NCBI GenBank assembly: GCA_031835245.2
Contig: JAVKOQ020000069.1
Span: forward strand, 62,001-126,000
Direction of reading: 5' to 3'
Source of the DNA: Balamuthia mandrillaris
Lineage: Eukaryota
Length of the DNA: 64,000 nucleotides
Part shown: piece after piece, positions 57,485 to 64,000 of the stretch
Position numbering within the stretch: the first letter of the stretch is position 1
How the letters are laid out: each line of letters opens with the position of its first letter
Translations under genes and position numbers: made by a program
Notes under the pieces: model-generated
What the model saw: the letters and a program-made list of their open reading frames with translations, nothing else
Told to the model about the DNA's origin: nothing
Database searches by the model: none

Positions 57485-59188
57485 TCAAAATTGAAGCATG
57501 ATGGTTTGTGTGTTATACACATTACGCCCTCTTCTAGTGATGTCCAGAAATCCTCCCACTATGTGTATGCTCTCGTCAATGACCACTTGGTCATGCCCAA
57601 ATATACCATCCTTGAAGGGAGAGGGTATTTGTATCCACTCGCGGTTCTGCAGATCCAGAGCGAAACAATCGGAAAAGGACTGGAAGCTGTGTTCACCGCA
57701 GCATTTGCCGCCCGTCACAACCATGAATCCGTGCAACATGGAAGCAGCGTGGTGTGCGCGCGGCTTCGGAATGGAGTGTCCTCTGGTCTCTAGTCGTTGC
57801 CAACCCGCTTCTTCATCCTTAGTGTCAAAAACATGCACATCATTCAGCACCTTCTCTTCCTCTTTTCCAACGCCGCCAAACACGAAAATCTTGTCCTTCC
57901 AAACGGTGGCAGTGTGGTAAGCACGAGCTAAAGGAGGATTCTTGGCTTCCACTTCTCTCCACGTCAAAGTGTGCGTGTCAAACACCACCAAGTCGTTTAA
58001 ATACTCATAGTGACGGTCTCGGCCTCCAAATATCCACAAATACCTCCCTGCTATCGCCACCATGGAATGACCCTCCCTACATTCTGGCATCCAACCGCTT
58101 GTAGATGCTGCTTGCTCTTTAGGCGAGGGGCGGTAATTATGATCCCACTGGGCTTCTTCCACGTTCCAACAAAAGACTTGTCCGTAGGAGCCATATCCTC
58201 CATAGACAAAGAAGCGGTCATGTGTTCCACTCGCATCCAGCAAACACAATCCTCGAACCCCTGTAGATGGAGGAACATACGCTCTCTCGTACCATGAAGA
58301 CGGAGGTGGGTTGTGATGTATGATGGAGCCTCCTATCTCTGGCAAAACTTTTGTCTGCAGTGTGACTCTGCCTAGTTCTTTGGGAATGGCGTTGGTGATC
58401 CTTTCGCCATCGTTGTTCAACAGGGTGTCGATCACTTGGTCGGAGGCTTTGTGGCCCTTTCCTGGCAGGCACCCGAGCTGGACTGGAACACCGACCAACC
58501 AGAAGTGCGGGTAAACGTGGGTCTTAACAGGCTGATCCCGTTGGAGTGACAGTTTGAAAGGCGCTCCGGTGTAGCTGAAGAAGGCCTCCCTTTGTTCTCC
58601 TGGCTGAATGACTTCCCCCGGTGCGGCATCAAACACAACAAGTTGGCCTTTTGTTGGGTTGATGTAGTTTTCGATAGCGCTGAGACGAAGGGTTTGCAGC
58701 AAGGCTAGAAGTATCTTGGAGGCGGTGGTAATGTTCAGCAAATGCTTTTCCTTGTCGGGGAAGTGCACCACCACTTCGACTTGGCGCGTGGAAGCCAGTG
58801 AAATGAAGCTCACGGTAGAAGATCTGTTAGCTCCACCAAAAACAAGGATCTTATGCTCGTTGTTCTTCTGTTTGTTTGTGGCTGCGACAACAAGGTTCTG
58901 GGCAGGAACACCAACTGGTATGCTGGTTTGCTTGAAGCCCCTCTCCGGACGGAAGCGCTGACACAAGCCAAGGAGCGCGGGGTCTTGGTGGATCAGCCGA
59001 TGGAAGCGACGGCACACAGCGCTCAAGCGAACGGCCGTTTGCCTCTTCCGCTTCTTCAGCAGTGACACGTCTTCTTCTGTGTCTTGTTGCATAAGGTCCC
59101 AAAAGATCAAGACAACCAGTTCTGGGTCTAAGTCCTGGAACAAGCAAAAGGCACCAGCAGAGAGAGCTGGAACTACTGGCAGCTCCAT
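57485..59188 (-). CDS. F-box-like plus Kelch repeat protein; intronless
   Basis: N-terminal LDPELVVLIF...LSAVCRRF, then Kelch repeats (REGHSM..LWIFGG, RAYHTA..IFVFGG, RAHHAA..VVTGG). Confidence 0.88.
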   Translation of the reverse strand: MELPVVPALSAGAFCLFQDLDPELVVLIFWDLMQQDTEEDVSLLKKRKRQTAVRLSAVCRRFHRLIHQDPALLGLCQRFRPERGFKQTSIPVGVPAQNLVVAATNKQKNNEHKILVFGGANRSSTVSFISLASTRQVEVVVHFPDKEKHLLNITTASKILLALLQTLRLSAIENYINPTKGQLVVFDAAPGEVIQPGEQREAFFSYTGAPFKLSLQRDQPVKTHVYPHFWLVGVPVQLGCLPGKGHKASDQVIDTLLNNDGERITNAIPKELGRVTLQTKVLPEIGGSIIHHNPPPSSWYERAYVPPSTGVRGLCLLDASGTHDRFFVYGGYGSYGQVFCWNVEEAQWDHNYRPSPKEQAASTSGWMPECREGHSMVAIAGRYLWIFGGRDRHYEYLNDLVVFDTHTLTWREVEAKNPPLARAYHTATVWKDKIFVFGGVGKEEEKVLNDVHVFDTKDEEAGWQRLETRGHSIPKPRAHHAASMLHGFMVVTGGKCCGEHSFQSFSDCFALDLQNREWIQIPSPFKDGIFGHDQVVIDESIHIVGGFLDITRRGRNVYNTQTIMLQF

Positions 59189-59877
59189 CCTTTCTGTGAG
59201 CAGATGCGTTACCTTCCAACTTTTATTTCTTGGAAATTTTTACAATACTTTTTTTTTCCTCACATAGAAAACACAAACGCAGTGGTGAACTTTTCCATCA
59301 TACCAGGAGTTCTCGTGCCTGATCCTTTCTGTAGAATGGGGGGGGGCTCTCCCTCCCCATCCCAAACTTTACTTTTCCTCCGGTGACGCTTGCCCCTGAC
59401 CACGTATGCGCACCCATTTTAAAAGTTCTCGAGGAGAAGAAAAACGAGCAGAGAGTGACGAACGGAGGATTTCCCTCCCCCCCAAAAAAAAAACCTTCCA
59501 CACCTGACTTTGCTTTCGAAAAAGGTCTTCTTTCACAAACAAAAAAAAGCTTCCGCACCTGACCCTCTCTCCCCCCAAAACCTTCCACAACGGACCGTCG
59601 GCGTCGGCAAACCGGTGCGGAGAAAATGATATGGCCGAAGGGCCAATGGCGTTAACATTCCGGCTCGGGAAGGTTTTTTTCACGTTCATTTCCTAAAAAA
59701 AGGTCGCAGCGGCGGCCGTTCCCTAAACACCCGATGGAGCTCCTTATATAATTCTTTCAGTTTTGTTGTGGCATCAGCTGTCTCTTTCGTCCAACCAGCA
59801 AGTGAGACAAACAGCATAAGCACATACTCCCTCTCGCCTCGCAGAGCGGCTCTCCGCTAACAACAATACAAACAAAA

Positions 59878-60519
59878 ATGGTAAAGGTGGTGATTGTGTT
59901 CCACTCGTTCTACACTCATGCCTGGGTGATGGCCCAGGCCATCGCTGAGGGCGCCAGGCAGGTGGAGGGCGTGGAGGTGGAGATCTACCAGGTCTCCGAG
60001 ACCCTGCCCACCGAGGTGGTTGACAAAATGGGCGCCACCGGCGCCAAGCAGGCCATGAAGGACGTGCCCTTCATCGACTCCGACCGCGAGAAAATGATTG
60101 AGATCCTTACGAGCGCCGATGCCCTCATCATCGGCGGTGGCACCCGTTTCGGTGTTATCAGTGCCCAGCTTAAGACGTTTCTGGACTCTTTGTCAGGCCT
60201 CTTCATTTCCAACGGCATGGTGGGCAAGGTAGCCAGCGCCTTCACGGGCACTGCCTCCCAGCACGGCGGCGGCGAGATGACGCTCTTCTCCATGATTGTC
60301 CCTTTGCTGCACCTGGGCTTAGTCTACGCGGGCTTGCCCCTCACCTGCAACGAGCAGCGGACCATGGAGGAGATCACGGGAGGTAGCCCCTACGGCTCCA
60401 CCTACATCACCGGCGCAGATGGCAGCCGTCCAGTCAGCGAGAACGAGAAGGCCTGCGGCAGGGCTCAGGGCAAGCATGTAGCCGAACTGGCGGTTAAGCT
60501 CAAGAAGGGAAGTCAGTAA
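59878..60519 (+). CDS. wrbA: Flavodoxin-like NAD(P)H:quinone oxidoreductase (WrbA/type IV); intronless
   Basis: GTRFG, GKVASAFTGTASQHGGGE, GGSPYG, GADGSRPVSENE...QGKH. A TATATAA box lies at about 59745. Confidence 0.93.
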   Translation: MVKVVIVFHSFYTHAWVMAQAIAEGARQVEGVEVEIYQVSETLPTEVVDKMGATGAKQAMKDVPFIDSDREKMIEILTSADALIIGGGTRFGVISAQLKTFLDSLSGLFISNGMVGKVASAFTGTASQHGGGEMTLFSMIVPLLHLGLVYAGLPLTCNEQRTMEEITGGSPYGSTYITGADGSRPVSENEKACGRAQGKHVAELAVKLKKGSQ

Positions 60520-60784
60520 ACAGAAACGCTCATTCTCTTCAGTTTATCGTATATTCTCCTTTGTACAAGAAATGATTTTAAAAAGTGGTCGTAACAACGG
60601 CCTTGTTGTCATTCTGTCCTCGTTGGTAACAGGCCTTCTTACCTCGTATGGCTAAGGGTAGGAATGCCAGGCCGCGTACGAAGAAGGCAACCTGAGGCCG
60701 TTCGAGCCTTGAGTGAATCAGGCCTTCTGGGGAACAAGCAATAACAAGATGCTTTGTTAATTAATTAGCAGAAGAAGAAAGAAG

Positions 60785-61354
60785 ATGGCAGAATACAAGA
60801 TAGTAGTGGTTGGTGAAGGTGCAGTCGGCAAGTCCTCCTTGTGCCTTCAGCTAGTTCAAAACGTGTTTCTCCACAACTACGATGCCACCATCGAAGACAC
60901 CTACCGAAAGCGATTCACCATTGATGAGGAGGAATGCGTACTCGAAATACTGGATACCGTCAGCCAAGACGAATATCAGGCTCTGCGGGAACGGTTCCTG
61001 AAAGAAGGACAAGGCTTTCTTCTGGTCTACTCCATCGTGGACAGAAAGAGCTTTGAGGCTTTGCGGAGCTTTCGAGAAGAGATACTTAGGGTCAAAGACA
61101 AGGATGATATTCCTATGACGATTGCCGGGAATAAAATAGATCTTCATTCTGCTGAAGTTGAAGGAAAGAAAGTGGAGAGCCAGGAAGGAGTGCAACTGGC
61201 CAAGAGTTTCGGATGCCCCTTTATCGAGACGAGCGCCAAGACGAGGGAGCATGTGGAGGCTTGCTTTTTTCAGCTGGTGCGAGAGATAAAGAGGTCGAGC
61301 AATGAGGCAGCAGAGATGATGACGGAGAAAAGGAAGAGATGTCTTCTCAGCTGA
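60785..61354 (+). CDS. Ras-family small GTPase with an atypical G3 motif; intronless
   Basis: GEGAVGKS, YDATIED, DTVSQ, NKID, ETSAK and C-terminal CaaX CLLS. Confidence 0.93.
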   Translation: MAEYKIVVVGEGAVGKSSLCLQLVQNVFLHNYDATIEDTYRKRFTIDEEECVLEILDTVSQDEYQALRERFLKEGQGFLLVYSIVDRKSFEALRSFREEILRVKDKDDIPMTIAGNKIDLHSAEVEGKKVESQEGVQLAKSFGCPFIETSAKTREHVEACFFQLVREIKRSSNEAAEMMTEKRKRCLLS

Positions 61355-61635
61355 AAGAACACAAACAGGTGTAATGCACTTACTTCAAGCACAAACAAAG
61401 AAAGAGAGTTTAGGAGAAAGAAAAAATATTATTGGTGTTTCTCCATCGAAAGAAGGTGCTTCTGAAACAAAAAACAATAGCTAAAACCAAAAGCCTATCC
61501 TCCCATGAGAACAGAACAAAAGAAAGTGAAACAAGTTCAACAAAAAATAATGGAGAGAACAAAACAAAAAAGGATCAAAAATGCTCTCTCTCGCTTGTTT
61601 GCTTTCACTTTCTTTTTCAAGCAGTTGTTGCTTGC

Positions 61636-63111
61636 TTAGAACCAGAAGGCGCGAGCGGAGGCAGCTGCAGAGTCGTCTCCGGTGTTGTAAGCAACCACGT
61701 CGCTGCCGCCCTCGTAGGCAGTGCCATCGTAGGCAACATCGCCGCCTCCGTATTCAACGTCTCCTCCGTCGTAGGCGATGTCGCCGCCGTCGTAGGCAAC
61801 GTCAGAGCCGTCGTAGGCGATGTCACCACCATCATAAGCAACGTCTCCTCCATCGTAAGAGACATCACCACCATCGTAAGCAACGTCTCCTCCGTCGTAG
61901 GCGATGTCGCCGCCGTCGTAGGCAACGTCAGAGCCGTCGTAGGCGATGTCACCACCATCATAAGCAACGTCTCCTCCGTCGTAAGAGACATCACCACCGT
62001 CATAAGCAACGTCCTCTCCATCATAAGAGACATCACCGCCATCGTAGGCAACGTCGCCTCCGTCGTAAGACACATCACCTCCGTCGTAGGTCACATCACC
62101 TCCGTCGTAGGAAACATCGCCACCGTCATAAGTCACGTCCTCACCGTCGTAGGTGACATCACCGCCACCGTAGGCAACGTCGTCACCACCGTCGTAGGAA
62201 ACGTCACCGCCATCGTAAGAAACATCTCCTCCATCGTAAGAGACATCACCACCATCGTAGGAAACATCTCCTCCGTCGTAAGAGACATCACCACCATCGT
62301 AGGAGACATCTCCTCCATCGTAGGAGACATCACCACCATCGTAAGTAACGTCCTCGCCGTCATAGGTGACATCACCGCCACCGTAGACTACATCATCACC
62401 ACCGTCGTAGGAGACATCACCTCCATCGTAAGTCACGTCGCCACCATCGTAAGAGATGTCACCACCATCGTAGGAGACATCACCACCATCGTAGGAGACG
62501 TCACCGCCGTCGTAGGAGACGTCGCCACCATCGTAGGAGACATCACCACCATCGTAAGTCACATCACCACCATCGTAAGCGACGTCACCACCATCGTAGG
62601 AAACATCTCCTCCGTCGTAGGACACATCACCACCGTCGTAGGAAACATCACCACCATCGTAAGAAACATCACCGCCATCGTAGGTCACGTCTCCTCCATC
62701 GTAGGAAACATCACCACCATCGTAAGCAACGTCCTCACCATCGTAGGCAACATCACCACCATCGTAAGAAACATCTCCTCCATCGTAAGAGACATCTCCT
62801 CCGTCATAGGTAACATCACCACCATCGTAAGAAACATCACCGCCGTCATAGGTGACAACATCACCGCCGTCATAGGCAACATCTCCTCCGTCGTAAGAGA
62901 CATCACCGCCATCGTAGGAAACATCACCTCCATCGTAAGAAACATCTCCACCGTCGTAAGAGACGTCTCCTCCGTCGTAGGTAACATCGTCACCGTCGTA
63001 GGAGACATCTCCTCCTCCGTACTTCACGTCGCCTCCCATTCTCTTGAGAGGCTTGGCCAAGCCAGCCGTAGCCAGCAACGCCAACACCAACAGTGCAGCA
63101 ATGCTCTTCAT
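61636..63111 (-). CDS. Secreted acidic Tyr/Gly/Asp heptad-repeat protein
   Basis: Signal peptide MKSIAALLVLALLATAGLA, a KR site, then about 60 copies of YDGGDV[STA]. DNA variation among the 21-bp units is mostly synonymous in this frame. Confidence 0.85.
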   Translation of the reverse strand: MKSIAALLVLALLATAGLAKPLKRMGGDVKYGGGDVSYDGDDVTYDGGDVSYDGGDVSYDGGDVSYDGGDVSYDGGDVAYDGGDVVTYDGGDVSYDGGDVTYDGGDVSYDGGDVSYDGGDVAYDGEDVAYDGGDVSYDGGDVTYDGGDVSYDGGDVSYDGGDVSYDGGDVSYDGGDVAYDGGDVTYDGGDVSYDGGDVSYDGGDVSYDGGDVSYDGGDISYDGGDVTYDGGDVSYDGGDDVVYGGGDVTYDGEDVTYDGGDVSYDGGDVSYDGGDVSYDGGDVSYDGGDVSYDGGDVSYDGGDVSYDGGDDVAYGGGDVTYDGEDVTYDGGDVSYDGGDVTYDGGDVSYDGGDVAYDGGDVSYDGEDVAYDGGDVSYDGGDVAYDGGDIAYDGSDVAYDGGDIAYDGGDVAYDGGDVSYDGGDVAYDGGDIAYDGSDVAYDGGDIAYDGGDVEYGGGDVAYDGTAYEGGSDVVAYNTGDDSAAASARAFWF

Positions 63112-63644
63112 GATGCTCCTGGTCTTCCTCCTTGGGTTTGTTGTTTGTTGTTTGTTGGATAGAAGAGTGTGTTGAGGATGAGATGACTAAACAGCAAACA
63201 AGACCGATGTATAAATAGTGGAATGAGGAGGAGGTTCAAGAAAAGAAATTCAGAGTAAACATTACCACTCGAGTTGGTCTGTTCTATAGGAATTTTCACA
63301 AGCAGGGCTGGGGCTGACGTGGCAAGGGATAATTGGAGCACTGAAATGAAAGAGGCCTTGTGATTGGTTGGTTTCTATAGTCACGTGCCACGTGATCATC
63401 CTCTGAGTAAACTGTTTGCGGCTCGACTTCCGTTGACAAGCGGCTCGTGTCTATCTTTTTCAAAGGCAATAGGAAGCAGAACTGAGAGAAAAGTAAGAGA
63501 AGATTGATAAGCATGACATGCCTCCGCTCTGTTCACTCTTGTCATCGCCTTGACTTTGTTCTCGCTTAGTCTATTCTGTCAATCTTCTGCTCTCCTCTCG
63601 TTCTCTCTTCCCTTTTTTTTTTCTGGCGTACTCTCTCTTTGCAG

Positions 63645-63687
<43 letters not shown>

Positions 63688-64000
63688 ACTCTTTTTCTCT
63701 TTCCTCACTTCTCTGTTCTCTCGTTCTCCCTCTTATCACTCTTAGTCAAATATGTCAATCTTCTGCTCTCGTCTATCGTCTCTCTTCTCTTGGTCTCGCT
63801 TCTTTTCTCGCTTCTCTCGTTCTTACCCAGCTCTATGCTCGTCCTATCCTCCTTCCGCGCGTGTTATTTGTCAGGCCTTCAAATGGGATTTTTTTTGAAG
63901 CATCACCACGCACGCTCTAACAAAAGCGAATCCATATGAGATCTCAGCACGGGGGCAAGAGCGGAGTGTGTAAACTAGTTGTCCATCGTATAAAAGGAGG

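Noticed and set aside
60645..60665. CTACCCTTAG as a telomerase RNA template
   Set aside because: It does not form 1.5 copies of a recognisable telomeric repeat, and no other supporting element is visible.
61720..63030. Repeat array as a CRISPR or satellite
   Set aside because: The units are contiguous with no unique spacers, they encode protein, and there are no cas genes.
61432..63162. 576-aa Val/Ile/Thr-rich plus-strand ORF
   Set aside because: It is the antisense shadow of the 21-bp coding repeat. The minus frame has the ATG, the signal peptide and the synonymous variation.
1..64000. Autonomous transposon, retroelement or viral core genes
   Set aside because: No transposase, reverse transcriptase, integrase, capsid or packaging ATPase motif was recognised in any frame. 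The SWIM finger lies inside MUS81 and has no MULE transposase domain.

Overview
This is gene-dense eukaryotic nuclear DNA with short GT-AG introns, abundant (GAA)n and (CT)n microsatellites and very short intergenic spacers. The style suggests a free-living amoebozoan such as a Balamuthia/Acanthamoeba relative, which is an inference. About 35 protein genes can be read. Recognisable ones include a PPR protein, a large MUS81, a fimbrin-ABD/C2 protein, DTD1, a hemerythrin-like protein, LMW-PTP, NEIL1, PTGR3, MED20, MED7, RNASEH2C, LYAR, two GNATs, WrbA, a divergent Ras, and F-box/LRR/ankyrin repeat proteins. RNA genes are two inverted tRNA-Gly(GCC) copies, one tRNA-Val(TAC) and a nuclear RNase P RNA that a protein ORF track cannot show. 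The best leads are: (1) a head-to-head cytidylyltransferase plus CDP-alcohol phosphotransferase pair, a candidate two-gene lipid head-group pathway; (2) a secreted protein made almost entirely of about 60 YDGGDV[STA] heptads; (3) MUS81 carrying extra SAM, SWIM and UIM modules; (4) recurrent TGACGTCA and TGTCGACA promoter motifs; (5) an unexplained cluster of hairpins with an AAGGCC loop; (6) a frameshifted F-box pseudogene next to its intact paralog. Multi-exon CDS spans were inferred by eye, and no database search was run.
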